Notes: generated by a model not told the origin, from the sequence alone. 64,000 bases of DNA from an uncultured Flavobacteriales bacterium (GCA_964419045.1 CAYQNO010000009.1:267225-331224), one strand, 5' to 3'. Shown: positions 10,852 to 21,222, counted from the stretch's first letter. Numbers and translations: made by a program.

Positions 10852-11379
10852 CTATCGGTGATTCCGTGTTATAATGGCCTTACCGAGGTTCTCGAGCGCG
10901 TTGCGTAATTCCGAGTTTTTTATTTTGTTGAATCCTTGTTTCGGTAATAATGGTGATTTCTCCAATTGTGGCATAGTTTTTTCAATCGCCGGTTGATTTT
11001 GAGTGGCAACAGGCGTTATGGGAGGTATCTGAGTTAGCTTCAGCCTAGTTATTGCAGCATAGCCAAAATATTGGTTGATACGTTCTACTACCTGAGGTTC
11101 CAAATGCTGAAGTTCGGTTGCTGCTCCGCCAATGGCTCTTATATGAAGAACACCATCGGTACGTCTTCCCCTAGGGAAGGTCAGTTTTTCGGGGTGACAT
11201 ATTTTGGCAAGGTTACTTCCTACAATTGTTGCCCAATCTGTAATGATATTTGCCTCAGCAAATCCACGTCGACCAAGTACTTTCCGTGTCACTTTAGGCA
11301 TTAGTGCTGCCAAAGTTCTAATGCCGCGACGACGACGATTAGAAGAGATTTCTATCTTAGGTTTGCTATATTTGTCCAT
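10852..11379 (-). CDS. DUF721 (DciA-like) protein
   Basis: 175 aa. Has a basic N-terminus and the block IITDWATIVGSNLAKICHPEKL...GVLHIRAIGGAATELQHLEPQVVERINQYFGY, typical of DUF721. It is divergent from mutY, as in many alphaproteobacteria. Confidence 0.75.
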   Translation of the reverse strand: MDKYSKPKIEISSNRRRRGIRTLAALMPKVTRKVLGRRGFAEANIITDWATIVGSNLAKICHPEKLTFPRGRRTDGVLHIRAIGGAATELQHLEPQVVERINQYFGYAAITRLKLTQIPPITPVATQNQPAIEKTMPQLEKSPLLPKQGFNKIKNSELRNALENLGKAIITRNHR

Positions 11380-11430
11380 GACACTCAGTTTTTTGACTCA
11401 GATGTTCTTTGATACTTTAGTCTCGCGCTA

Positions 11431-12519
11431 ATGGTACGTAAGCTCAAGTCGTCATTTCGGAACACGTCTTCGCAGTTTTCAAATGCCGCTACTGAACTGT
11501 TGAACTGGTACGACCAAAACAGGAGAAACTTGCCATGGCGTTCGTTGCCTGGAGAGGAACCTGATCTATATAGGGTTTGGCTGTCTGAAATTATGTTGCA
11601 GCAGACTACCGTAGCCTCAGTGGTACCCTATTTCGAAAAATTTTTGACTCGTTGGCCATCCATTCAAAAACTTGCGGCGGCCGATCTAAACGACGTCTTA
11701 CATTGTTGGCAAGGGCTTGGTTACTATGCCCGCGCACGAAACTTGCATCGATGCGCCCGAACCATCGTAGGAGAGCATGGTGCGGTATTTCCGTCGACGG
11801 AAGAAGCGCTCTTAAGACTTCCGGGAATTGGTCGTTATACGGCGGCAGCAATGGTAGCGATAGGATTTAATCGTAAGGCTGTTGTCGTGGACGGAAATGT
11901 TGAACGTGTGATGGCACGGTTATATGCAGTGGATGATCCGTTGCCGCAGATAAAACCGCGACTCCGTGAATGCGCAGCTGGTTTAACACCAGGCCATCGA
12001 GCAGGTGATTATGCTCAGGCGGTTATGGACCTTGGGGCGACAATATGCACACCACGACGTCCTAAATGTGACATTTGTCCATGGCAAAGTAGGTGCGTAG
12101 GAAAAAAACATGCAGACGATTTGCCGCGTCGATCAATAACAAAGAATAGGCCAATACGCCGAGCGATCGCATATTGTATAACCAACAGCAATGGCTCGAT
12201 ATTGCTTCGTCGGCGATCCGAAACAGGCCTGCTTGGGGGTAAGGTTGAGGTGCCGTCCAGTGCTTGGTTGGAGGCGTCTGTACCTGACATAAAGGTTGCT
12301 AAATTGCACTCACCGCTCGCTCTCGCCAGTTCGCGGATGCTGCCGGGTATAGTCCGTCATACGTTTACACACTTTCACCTGGAATTGCTCGTTCTAGCTG
12401 GTCGTGCGCGACAAGAGTCTATAAGTGAAGGATTTTGGTGTCCACTCGAGAAACTGGAGGATCATGCACTTCCAACGCTAATGAAAAAAATTATAGATCA
12501 TGCAAAGAAATACGCTTGA
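11431..12519 (+). CDS. mutY: A/G-specific adenine DNA glycosylase MutY
   Basis: 362 aa. Contains YRVWLSEIMLQQT, an HhH-GPD region (LPGIGRYTAAA), the 4Fe-4S loop CTPRRPKCDICPWQSRC and a C-terminal NUDIX-like domain. Confidence 0.95.
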   Translation: MVRKLKSSFRNTSSQFSNAATELLNWYDQNRRNLPWRSLPGEEPDLYRVWLSEIMLQQTTVASVVPYFEKFLTRWPSIQKLAAADLNDVLHCWQGLGYYARARNLHRCARTIVGEHGAVFPSTEEALLRLPGIGRYTAAAMVAIGFNRKAVVVDGNVERVMARLYAVDDPLPQIKPRLRECAAGLTPGHRAGDYAQAVMDLGATICTPRRPKCDICPWQSRCVGKKHADDLPRRSITKNRPIRRAIAYCITNSNGSILLRRRSETGLLGGKVEVPSSAWLEASVPDIKVAKLHSPLALASSRMLPGIVRHTFTHFHLELLVLAGRARQESISEGFWCPLEKLEDHALPTLMKKIIDHAKKYA

Positions 12520-12564
12520 ACTACCAATTTCTCTAACAGACGCTAAAATTTGTGGCGTTTCGAC

Positions 12565-13101
12565 TTATTTGAAATGATTAACGTAAAGGCTCGTCGCAGG
12601 CGGAAATGAAACCAATTCTGCCGATACGAGATAACCTTCTATCGGTGTCCAGCTGTAACCGACCCTCATCATCGCCTGAATCGATTTTTCTGCGGGTAGA
12701 GGTATACCGAGTGTGCAATGGGGTACCCATGTATCTGGTAAATAATGGTAATCACAGTTGCCTGTCATTGTGCGCGCAAATTGATGAAACTTCTTATGGA
12801 TAGCCAAGAGGTCTACTGTGACACGCGGTGCGAGATAAAGAACATTTCTCGGAAACAGTCCAATAGACGGAAAATTTATGGGTATTCGTGTTATATCTTC
12901 GAAGGAATCGTCAATGGCGCCCATAATCTTTGACTGATCGATTTGATCATAGAGTGCGAAGGAAATATGCGGCTCGATATCGTAGATGATGTCGTAGATA
13001 TCAAAAGGGTCATCTTCCTCTGAGCCGGTGAGAGCTCGTTGGATCTGGCGAATCTGATTAGTTGAATCAGGATCCAAATTCAAAATCACGCCGAAGCGCA
13101 T
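12565..13101 (-). CDS. 2H phosphoesterase superfamily protein (LigT / 2'-5' RNA ligase-like)
   Basis: 178 aa from the ATG at 13101. Two H-x-S/T motifs are present at typical spacing (EPHISFALY and VPHCTLGIP). The longer ORF reaching 13353 would overlap the ccrM 3' end by 185 nt, so the internal start is preferred. Confidence 0.7.
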   Translation of the reverse strand: MRFGVILNLDPDSTNQIRQIQRALTGSEEDDPFDIYDIIYDIEPHISFALYDQIDQSKIMGAIDDSFEDITRIPINFPSIGLFPRNVLYLAPRVTVDLLAIHKKFHQFARTMTGNCDYHYLPDTWVPHCTLGIPLPAEKSIQAMMRVGYSWTPIEGYLVSAELVSFPPATSLYVNHFK

Positions 13102-13168
13102 GTTGTCTCTATTATTTTTTTGGGCCCGTAAGGCGCACTCTTTTGTTTGAGCACTAGAGTTGATTGAC

Positions 13169-14278
13169 TCAATTGAGCTCTGCCCGCAACTTTTGGCGTA
13201 GCAGATCGATTGGTACTTCCCGTCCTTCCACGTCAAGAAACCAAAACGTCCAGCCATTACACGTCGTCGCACCTTGCAGTGCGGCTCCAACCTGATGAAT
13301 CGAACCTCGGTGTTCACCAGTGTCGTTGATAGAAAACAAGGTTCCATCTGCACGCACTTTTGCTGCCCATCGCCTGCCCGCGCTGTGAAGTATAGTGCCA
13401 GGTGTTAACATGCCACGTTCTACCAACCATCCGAAAGGTACGCGTGGCTCGCGACGTTTTGACGGTGTTTCAATTAGATGTCGCTCTACTGTTGTAGGCT
13501 CGGATGAAACACGTCGCATCGCAGCCTTTACGTATCGTTCCTCTCGATCAATGCCAATAAATTGCCGACCTAAACGTTTGGCAACCACTCCAGTAGTTCC
13601 CGTACCAAAGAACGGATCTAAGACTATGTCTCCAGGATTTGTTGCTGCAAGAATTATCCTGTGTAGCAATGCTTCAGGCTTCTGGGTTGGATGGCTCTTT
13701 GAACCGTCGGCCTCACGCAATCGCTCAGGTCCGTTGCACAGTGGAATTAGCCAGTCACTGCGCATCTGTAATTCGTCATTGAGCGATTTCATTGCTTCGT
13801 AGTTGAACGTATAACGCCCTCCCTTATCTCTGGTACACCAGATCATTGTCTCGTGCGCATTTGTGAAGCGTTTGCCACGAAAATTGGGCATCGGATTTGT
13901 TTTGATCCAGACAACATCATTGAGTAGCCAAAACCCGAGATCCTGTAGTGCTGTGCCGATTCTAAAAATGTTATGATAGCTCCCGATTACCCAAAGTGTA
14001 CCATCTGCCTTTAAAATTTGTCGTGCCGCTTTTAGCCAAGCGATCGTGAATTCGTCGTATTCGGCAAATCCCTCAAACTTGTCCCAATGTTCGTCAACTC
14101 CAGCTACTCGGGTGTTGTTTGGTCTATGTAATTCGCGTGATAATTGAAGATTATATGGTGGGTCAGCAAATATCATATCAACAGAATCATGCGGCATATC
14201 AAGCATCATCTCGATACTATCACCTACAAGAATTTTATTTATTGGTAGTTTGTTAATTATTTTTTCTTGTTTTTTCAT
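13169..14278 (-). CDS. ccrM: CcrM-type N6-adenine DNA methyltransferase (GANTC-specific family)
   Basis: 369 aa. Shows beta-class motif order, with DPPY (IFADPPYNL) near the N-terminus and the SAM-binding motif DPFFGTGTTG later. It also has the roughly 80-aa C-terminal extension characteristic of CcrM. Confidence 0.92.
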   Translation of the reverse strand: MKKQEKIINKLPINKILVGDSIEMMLDMPHDSVDMIFADPPYNLQLSRELHRPNNTRVAGVDEHWDKFEGFAEYDEFTIAWLKAARQILKADGTLWVIGSYHNIFRIGTALQDLGFWLLNDVVWIKTNPMPNFRGKRFTNAHETMIWCTRDKGGRYTFNYEAMKSLNDELQMRSDWLIPLCNGPERLREADGSKSHPTQKPEALLHRIILAATNPGDIVLDPFFGTGTTGVVAKRLGRQFIGIDREERYVKAAMRRVSSEPTTVERHLIETPSKRREPRVPFGWLVERGMLTPGTILHSAGRRWAAKVRADGTLFSINDTGEHRGSIHQVGAALQGATTCNGWTFWFLDVEGREVPIDLLRQKLRAELN

Positions 14279-14339
14279 TATTTAATCATGATTATACGGA
14301 TTATTATCGTCAATATTTTATTTAACTTGTAAATATATT

Positions 14340-14954
14340 TTACAATTCTCTGAGTTGTACGGCGCGGGCGACCGGTGCAAAACTGAAGCGATGCTCGATA
14401 GTTGGCCCTAAGGTGTCCAGTGCAGCCCTATGTTCAGCTGTTCCATAGCCCTTATTCCTCTCCCAGCCATAACCCGGGTATCTAGCCGCAAGCGTGGTCA
14501 TATGGTCATCGCGAATCACTTTTGCAGCAATTGATGCACTGGCAACTGAAACTGAACGTTCGTCACCACGCACTAACGACCGAGCTGGGCATAAAAGGTC
14601 TGGTAAACTATTCCCGTCGACAAGGGCAAGATTGGGGACCAAGGTGAGTGCTTCGATAGCTCGTTGCATAGCAAGCATAGTTGCTCGAAGGATGTTAAGG
14701 TCGTCTATTTCATTAACACTGGCAGTACCTATTCTTATTTCTGCATAATTGTTCAGTTGCCTATACAAATTTACACGTGTCCTAGGAGATAATTTCTTAG
14801 AATCATCAATTTGTTTAAAAAGTACGTCTGGAATGTCAGGAGTTAGGACTACGGCCGCTGCTACAACGGGTCCTGCCCAAGGCCCTCGGCCGGCTTCGTC
14901 GATCCCGGCAACGATGCCACCTGCCCTTCTCTCAAATGAAAAGTCGGGTTTCAT
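14340..14954 (-). CDS. rnhB: Ribonuclease HII
   Basis: 204 aa with the catalytic motif GIDEAGRGPWAGPVV and the conserved DDSKKLS block. Confidence 0.95.
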   Translation of the reverse strand: MKPDFSFERRAGGIVAGIDEAGRGPWAGPVVAAAVVLTPDIPDVLFKQIDDSKKLSPRTRVNLYRQLNNYAEIRIGTASVNEIDDLNILRATMLAMQRAIEALTLVPNLALVDGNSLPDLLCPARSLVRGDERSVSVASASIAAKVIRDDHMTTLAARYPGYGWERNKGYGTAEHRAALDTLGPTIEHRFSFAPVARAVQLREL

Positions 14955-14960
14955 GTAAAT

Positions 14961-16352
14961 TTAATCCCTATTTGAATTCTGGTTCTCGTTGTCATTTAGC
15001 ATAGGGTCGCTGATTTGTGCATTAGCAAGGTCGCTATCCGCAATTGGTCGACGCCCGAATACACGTTTCGAGAGACTTCTCAATAGGGCAAGTGTAGTAG
15101 TTGATCTTTTCATGAGGACTCGTCCGACTAGGCGGGAAATTTGCCACTCTCGAAAATATATTAATTTGAGTAGTGCACCCAGACTATGAACCCTATAGGC
15201 AGCGCGATGGTTTAGGCGTCGCGCACTCGCCATCCAAAAAGGGCTGCAGAATAGAGATAAAGCTGTTACCGAGACGATAAGTCGGTGAAGATCAGTCCCG
15301 ATGATGCCTTTATCGATTGCAACGGCACCAAGTACGAATGAAAACTCGCCAATCTGGGCCAAAATCAAGCTTGACTCGAAGGCGCGTGGCCAAGGTTCAC
15401 CCAGTAGTCGCAGGACGCCAGTATTAAGAGCAGTTTTGAAGACTGTTACCAACATCCACAGTAAGAGAACTAAGCCTAAATTCTCCCACAGGTGGCGGAG
15501 GTCAATGAGGAGCCCGATTGACAAAAAGAAAACCATTATAAGAACGCTTTCAAAAGGTTTTGCGGTACGAAACACGTCCTGGCGCTGCGCACTGTTGCCC
15601 ACTATTAGGCCAGCAAGAAATGCGCCGAATGCAGCCGAAAGTCCAATCAAGCCAGTTAGCGCCGACATCCCAAAACACCAGGCCAAAGCCGCTATCGAGG
15701 TTAAATCATGATTTCCGACGATGAGTGGGGCAAAAGGTAAACTGGTTCGCTTTCTTCTTGTCAGAAATGAAATGACACCTACTAGAACACCTACTGATGC
15801 AACAAGGCGAAAGATCATCCATGCAGAAATTCCATCACTTGCCATGCTGCCAACGATTAGCATCATAGGCGCGACGGCCAGATCCTGTGCTATTAGAACT
15901 CCGATCGTGATCCGGCCAACGCGAGTTCTCAGTTGGCCGATGTCTCCAAGCATTTTTACTGCTACCGCAGTACTTGACAGTGCTAATACGAATCCAAAAA
16001 AAACAGCATATTTGAGTGGCCAGCCGAGATAGGTAGTAAGAGCCCACATCGCAAAAAAACTGCCAGCGATCTGCATGACCGTGCTAATCAAGCCAATCCT
16101 CCACAGATGTCGAAAGCTTCTGAGTGAAAGCTCCATGCCAACAAAGTAAAGCAGCATGAGAACACCCAGCTCTGCTAGTGCACTGACTTGTTCACGATCA
16201 CTTACTAAACCAAATCCGGCTGGGCCGAGTATCATCCCTGCCAAAATATATCCAACAATTTCCGGTTGTTTTAGCCGCGCCATGAGAAGGCCGCAAAGAG
16301 TCGCCGCAACAGCGACAATTGCTATACCTGTGAGATGTAACTCGCCACCCAT
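14961..16352 (-). CDS. Cation:proton antiporter (CPA2 / Kef-like membrane domain)
   Basis: 463 aa with about 11-12 TM helices and a Na+/H+ exchanger family N-terminus (PEIVGYILAGMILGPAGFG). The C-terminus is a hydrophilic tail with no recognisable KTN/TrkA domain. Confidence 0.85.
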   Translation of the reverse strand: MGGELHLTGIAIVAVAATLCGLLMARLKQPEIVGYILAGMILGPAGFGLVSDREQVSALAELGVLMLLYFVGMELSLRSFRHLWRIGLISTVMQIAGSFFAMWALTTYLGWPLKYAVFFGFVLALSSTAVAVKMLGDIGQLRTRVGRITIGVLIAQDLAVAPMMLIVGSMASDGISAWMIFRLVASVGVLVGVISFLTRRKRTSLPFAPLIVGNHDLTSIAALAWCFGMSALTGLIGLSAAFGAFLAGLIVGNSAQRQDVFRTAKPFESVLIMVFFLSIGLLIDLRHLWENLGLVLLLWMLVTVFKTALNTGVLRLLGEPWPRAFESSLILAQIGEFSFVLGAVAIDKGIIGTDLHRLIVSVTALSLFCSPFWMASARRLNHRAAYRVHSLGALLKLIYFREWQISRLVGRVLMKRSTTTLALLRSLSKRVFGRRPIADSDLANAQISDPMLNDNENQNSNRD

Positions 16353-16563
16353 TATAAAATGATATTAGCAGCCTATTAATATTGTCGCAGATTTAGTGAT
16401 TAGAGTGATGTTCGAAGGTATGTCCAATAAATTGAACTAAATTTAAAAGTGTTCATATTATACCTATTTTTTTTGCTGCGCCCATTAATAGAAAATGCTG
16501 AATATTAATCAAAAGAGAGAGGGAGCATCCAAGGGAGCTGAATTCTGTGTGTACCATTGATTT

Positions 16564-17658
16564 TTACATCAGAAACTTAAGGCCATCGTCGTTGAGCCAT
16601 TCCGAGCGAATTCGCTCAACAGTCTTGGTGCTGAGAAAGTCCAAGGTGCGTTCTTCGGCATGGGCATTCAATCTGTCGTCATTAGCCTTGGTGGACCATT
16701 CCCTAGCTTTAGGTGGAATTGCCGATCCATATCGTGCTGTTATACGCTTCTCCACACGCCATTTAGCGGACCAGGTCGTCGTACGAAGCCATGTGAGTCG
16801 GCGCAAAGGCATGAGCCACGGCTGGAGAGCTTTCGCTAAGGTCGGCTCAACACAATTAAGATAGTGTTTGTAAAATTCGCTTATATCGATCGGTTCTAAG
16901 ATTCCACTTGCCGCAATGTCCCAGGTCGTCGAGGTGTAAAGCGTACAGTGGGCGAGGTCGATTGCCGGTGAGCCATAAAGTCCTTTTTCAAGATCCACAA
17001 TAAAAGCGCGTGCCACTCGATCAACTATATAATTGCCTGGGTGAGTGTCACTCACAACAAGGGATATGGGCTGTTTTTTGTCAGCACTTTCATTCGCAAA
17101 CTTTCGTGCCCATTGAAGTTCCTCCCTGATTTGACTAATTGCATCGACATCATTGGTAGCATCCTCTAGGTACTTGGCCTGCTTCTCTATAAAGACAAGA
17201 GTTCCAGCTATCGGGTTACTGTGATATGCCAGCGGTTCCCTGTCAGCTTCTGGTGGCAATGGTAGCCTGTGGATTGATGCAAGACATTCTCCGAGAGCAG
17301 GCAGGTCACCAGGCAACTCTACTGTTCGACCATCAATCTCGTCGACGACAAGCGCACCCATGGGAAGTTCTTTGGATGGCGGGAGTACAGCATGTAGATG
17401 AGGAGCGTGAGATCCTTGTGAAGCCCGGTCGAAACAGGCCGCCTGATAGGCTAGGTTGTCAACGGCGTTAAGTTCAAATTGACTTTTTCTCGGCACTCGA
17501 AGTAGCCAGCCAGTACCGATAATCCGCACGTGATCGTGTGCTATACCTTTTTTTGGAAGAACACTTAGAGCTCGCCTGTCTGTTGCCTGCAGTAAAGGGG
17601 GCGCTTCGGGACTGATTAGTGCTGAGTGCAGCGCGTCTAGGTTGAGATCGTAGCTCAT
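16564..17658 (-). CDS. Phosphotransferase-family (APH-like) small-molecule kinase, substrate unknown
   Basis: 364 aa. Has an APH-type catalytic loop (VVSDTHPGNYIV) followed by a metal-binding IVDLEKG motif. Confidence 0.7.
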   Translation of the reverse strand: MSYDLNLDALHSALISPEAPPLLQATDRRALSVLPKKGIAHDHVRIIGTGWLLRVPRKSQFELNAVDNLAYQAACFDRASQGSHAPHLHAVLPPSKELPMGALVVDEIDGRTVELPGDLPALGECLASIHRLPLPPEADREPLAYHSNPIAGTLVFIEKQAKYLEDATNDVDAISQIREELQWARKFANESADKKQPISLVVSDTHPGNYIVDRVARAFIVDLEKGLYGSPAIDLAHCTLYTSTTWDIAASGILEPIDISEFYKHYLNCVEPTLAKALQPWLMPLRRLTWLRTTTWSAKWRVEKRITARYGSAIPPKAREWSTKANDDRLNAHAEERTLDFLSTKTVERIRSEWLNDDGLKFLM

Positions 17659-17899
17659 TACTTGTTGTCATTTCTATCTAACATTTCAATGATAAACTGG
17701 ACGACGGGGAAAAGACAGCAAGTCTGATGATTAGTGCTGGACCATTAGCCAGATAGTTTGCCGGCAGAAGCGTTTAAATCACTCCAACATTATTTGCTAA
17801 TAGTAAAAACGAAATGTGCACAGATTTCATCCTACTAGTTTAAGTTATAATGCTTGTTATGCGTGGAGACAGTATGCTTTTTCACTCACATAGCGACTG

Positions 17900-18436
17900 T
17901 CAGCGCTCCTTCAACCGTGGGATGAGTTCGGCAAAATTACAGGGACGAAATCGATTGTCGAGTTGATAATGCAGAATTTCATCCCAGCCATCTCTGCATG
18001 CACTAGTCGAACCGGGTAAGGCGAATAGGTAGGTTCCGCTGGCTACACCTGCACTAGCTCTACTTTGTATAGTGGAGGTACCTATTTTCTGATAGCTGAT
18101 CCAGCGAAATAATTCGCCAAACCCTTCGATACTTTTTTCTGAAACCCGCGCTATTGCCTCCGGCGTGATATCGCGGCCAGTAAGACCAGTTCCGCCAGTA
18201 GTGATGACAACGTCAACATCCAAGTCCGCGATCCAGGATTCGAGCTTGGCTACAATGTCTTCTAAGTCATCTTTTATGACAGCACGATCTTCCAAATTGT
18301 GACCATCACTGGTAAGACGTTTGACAAGAGTATCACCCGACCTGTCGTCTTCTTGAACGCGCGTGTCTGAAACAGTGAGCACTGCAATGTTTAACGGCAA
18401 AAAGGGGCAATTTTTGTCAATCGGCACTCGTTGCAA
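17900..18436 (-). CDS. moaB: Molybdenum cofactor biosynthesis protein B (MoaB/MogA fold)
   Basis: 178 aa with AVLTVSDTR and the TTGGTGLTGRD motif. It uses a non-ATG start (TTG at 18436 or GTG at 18427) and overlaps the stop of the upstream transglycosylase gene. Confidence 0.85.
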   Translation of the reverse strand: MQRVPIDKNCPFLPLNIAVLTVSDTRVQEDDRSGDTLVKRLTSDGHNLEDRAVIKDDLEDIVAKLESWIADLDVDVVITTGGTGLTGRDITPEAIARVSEKSIEGFGELFRWISYQKIGTSTIQSRASAGVASGTYLFALPGSTSACRDGWDEILHYQLDNRFRPCNFAELIPRLKER

Positions 18437-20249
18437 CCTTGCTCGTATCGGGTTCCAGTAAGTCTAAAGATATATATTCTGGCCAGCTTCCTTTAACAGT
18501 CGCCATTAGCGATGGACTCGTCTGGTTCAGCCGATAACGATAATACCAAAAATTAGTTAAAACGCGTTCAATGAAATTCCTTGTCTCCCTGACTGGCAGA
18601 CTTTCAATAAAAAGCAGTGGATCGTTCTTGAAATCTGTTTTTTCTTTCCATTTCTTTAAGTTTCCCGGTCCGCCGTTATACGCGGCGGTGACAAGAAATA
18701 AATTAGTACCAATGTCTGGTGTTGCCATGAGATGCTCGATGTATTTCTGGCCGAGCTCAATATTGTATTGCGGTTCGAACAATTTGTTGCGTGCAGACCC
18801 CCGAATTCTCTTGCCGGCTATGAAACCGGCTGTCGCTGGCATCAATTGCATAAGGCCTCGAGCACCCGCTCTACTTTTTGCGTTAGTCTTGAATCGAGAT
18901 TCCTGTCGCATCAAGGCAAACAAAAGAGCCCGGTCAACTCTATAGCCATTTTCCGGTGCCCAAGCTGGTACGGGAAAGAGGGCTGCCTGGTATCGCTCTC
19001 CTTTGTGGCGCATTAATGTATCACCAAGGTTTAAAGCCAGTGCTGGAAGTCTAGCAATCTCAGCGAGAGCTAACAGAGACCGGGCTAACTGCGGGGATAG
19101 ATTACCGGTAAGTCGCCGAAGCTCGGTTTCAGCCCGCGCAAATTGTTTTACTTGTATAAGTGCGAGAGACCTGTTGGCTGCGGGTATACGTGATAGAAGT
19201 TGCGTGTCAAGCTCGTCCAACTTTGGCAAATCCCAGTTAAAGTCAGGTTCGAGACCAAGAGCATGAAGGGCGAGCATTCCGTAAAAGGTTTGTTGCCGCT
19301 GGGCTGCAATTGCCAACAAGCGGTTATGGTGTTGTGGCTGTTTATCAATCAAATATGCGCGTGCCGCCCAATATGCTGCTGCTGAGGTAGTCCAATCCAG
19401 ATTAACGTGCGTTAACCCCTCAAATAGTCGAGCTGCTGTGCCAAATTGATCTAGTCGCCAGGCGGCAAGACCACCCCACCAATATGAGTTAGGTGTCTTT
19501 ATTCCTGAGCGCTCAATCGCCACGAGGGCAACCTTCAACGCTTCCCGGTTCTTGCCTGCGTGAAAATAACCACGGGCAATGATACCCACGCTTTCATCAA
19601 AGCTTACAGGATCAATTCGCCGACGGTTTGTCGCGCTCGAAATAAGTTTTAGTGCTTGAGTCGGTCTACCACGGGATACAAGAGACTTTACTTTACGTTG
19701 AATGCGATAGACGAATCTACTTTTCCATCGGGTTGGGGGTTTTATTTTTTTATCGTCTTCGGCGATTTGTTCCGATCCCGCTCCTACTTCCTTCAATCCA
19801 ACTACCCCGATCGGCCGAGTCGGAGCTTTCCACGATTTGGGTTTACGACGAAGTGCTAGTTTGTAAACTCTTTCTGCACCTGGATGATCAGCATATTCTG
19901 ATAACCAGTTACGTAGCTCGACATATTTGGATCGATATGCCGTCGGATGCATGTAGCGCTGAAATTGTACATGACCGATTAATAGGCGGTTTGTTAGTTT
20001 ACTGATTATGAGGTCTGCATCGGGCCATTTACCGGTTTCTTGGAGTTTGAAAATTTTCACATAACGTTCGGCATCGGCATCGCTAAGCGGGGTTGGCACA
20101 ATTACCTGCTCTCTTCCGTCACCGTGTGTAAGGGTCGCTGTTTCAACGCCAGCGGCGCTAGACTGCCCAGATAGCAGGCCTGCGTAGATGACGCATGCTA
20201 ACCCCACTACGCATACGCTACCAGCGAAGTGTCTAAACAGCCTAATCAT
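18417..20249 (-). CDS. Soluble lytic murein transglycosylase (SLT domain)
   Basis: 610 aa. Has a signal peptide, a helical repeat N-domain and a C-terminal SLT catalytic block (LMRQESRF...GLMQLMPATA...AYNGGPGN). Confidence 0.85.
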   Translation of the reverse strand: MIRLFRHFAGSVCVVGLACVIYAGLLSGQSSAAGVETATLTHGDGREQVIVPTPLSDADAERYVKIFKLQETGKWPDADLIISKLTNRLLIGHVQFQRYMHPTAYRSKYVELRNWLSEYADHPGAERVYKLALRRKPKSWKAPTRPIGVVGLKEVGAGSEQIAEDDKKIKPPTRWKSRFVYRIQRKVKSLVSRGRPTQALKLISSATNRRRIDPVSFDESVGIIARGYFHAGKNREALKVALVAIERSGIKTPNSYWWGGLAAWRLDQFGTAARLFEGLTHVNLDWTTSAAAYWAARAYLIDKQPQHHNRLLAIAAQRQQTFYGMLALHALGLEPDFNWDLPKLDELDTQLLSRIPAANRSLALIQVKQFARAETELRRLTGNLSPQLARSLLALAEIARLPALALNLGDTLMRHKGERYQAALFPVPAWAPENGYRVDRALLFALMRQESRFKTNAKSRAGARGLMQLMPATAGFIAGKRIRGSARNKLFEPQYNIELGQKYIEHLMATPDIGTNLFLVTAAYNGGPGNLKKWKEKTDFKNDPLLFIESLPVRETRNFIERVLTNFWYYRYRLNQTSPSLMATVKGSWPEYISLDLLEPDTSKVATSAD

Positions 20250-20367
20250 ATTAATTGCCGAACTTTGTCTGACAAATCCTATCCCAATTTCTTGGTACTG
20301 GAAATTGACCTGATTTGCAAGTGACGGTGACTACGTTATTTGCCACAAGTCAGACTCGGTTCATTGG

Positions 20368-21222
20368 CTACTGTGCGAATTCACGGAGTTTGAGCTTGAG
20401 AGTTATTAAGTCACGCCATGACAGCCGTTTTTGTCCAGGTGTTCGCAATAGATAGGCCGGGTGAAATGTTGGGAGTGCATCAATTGGGGCTATTAAACCA
20501 GGACTAGAATAGGTTTGCCATCGGCCGCGTATGCGAGAAATACTCTGATTTGTGTCTAAGAGTGACGCGGCTGCTGCACTGCCTACCAGTAGTAATATTT
20601 TAGGATTTACAAGCTCGATATGGCGAACTGTAAAGGGCAGGCAGGCAGCGACTTCGGCTGGAGTTGGTTTTCGATTGCCTGGGGGGCGCCATGGAAGGAT
20701 GTTGGTTACGTAAATTGTGTTGCGATCCAGTTCAACGGAACTGAGCATCTGGTCGAGGAGTTTTCCACTGACACCAACAAAAGGAATACCTAATCGATCT
20801 TCGTCAGCACCAGGCGCTTCACCTATTATCATAACCTCGGCGTCAGGATTTCCGTCACCAAATACCAGATTCGTCGCAGTTCGTTTTAATTTACATCCTT
20901 TAAACTCCTTGAGTGCCGCGTGCAGCTCTTCTAGTGACTGAGTTGCAGAGGAGGTTATTCCCGCACTTTCAGTATCGTCCTGACTTATTCTTTGGGGATT
21001 TATTGTAAGCGGTTGTCTAATTTCGTCGTGCTCCCTCTCACTCACTGAGTGTTGAGAGTTGGGTATATGCCGTAAAGCACTATTGTTGATCTCAGCGTGC
21101 CTGTATCGGTTGATAGGCACATTACCGATGGCTTCGTCGACGCCAAACTCGAACTGTAATTTGAGTGCCGCTCTCCAGTCGGTTACTACCATTAGCCAAA
21201 CCCATAATATAGGTGCACACAA
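20368..21222 (-). CDS. Family 4 uracil-DNA glycosylase with N-terminal extension
   Basis: 284 aa with motif A (GEAPGADED) and motif B (HPAYLLR). An alternative start is the ATG at 21192 (MVVTDWRAAL). Confidence 0.88.
   Translation of the reverse strand: MCAPILWVWLMVVTDWRAALKLQFEFGVDEAIGNVPINRYRHAEINNSALRHIPNSQHSVSEREHDEIRQPLTINPQRISQDDTESAGITSSATQSLEELHAALKEFKGCKLKRTATNLVFGDGNPDAEVMIIGEAPGADEDRLGIPFVGVSGKLLDQMLSSVELDRNTIYVTNILPWRPPGNRKPTPAEVAACLPFTVRHIELVNPKILLLVGSAAAASLLDTNQSISRIRGRWQTYSSPGLIAPIDALPTFHPAYLLRTPGQKRLSWRDLITLKLKLREFAQ

Noticed and set aside
14279-14339. CtrA box (TTAA-N7-TTAA) in the ccrM promoter region
   Set aside because: Only half-site-like matches are present (TTAATCATGATTATA, TTAACTTGTAAATAT). 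There is no full consensus, so no regulatory site is claimed.
15301-16032. 136-aa and 103-aa + strand ORFs inside the antiporter gene
   Set aside because: They are antisense to a polytopic membrane protein gene. Their Arg/Ser/Pro/Thr-rich products are typical of shadow ORFs.
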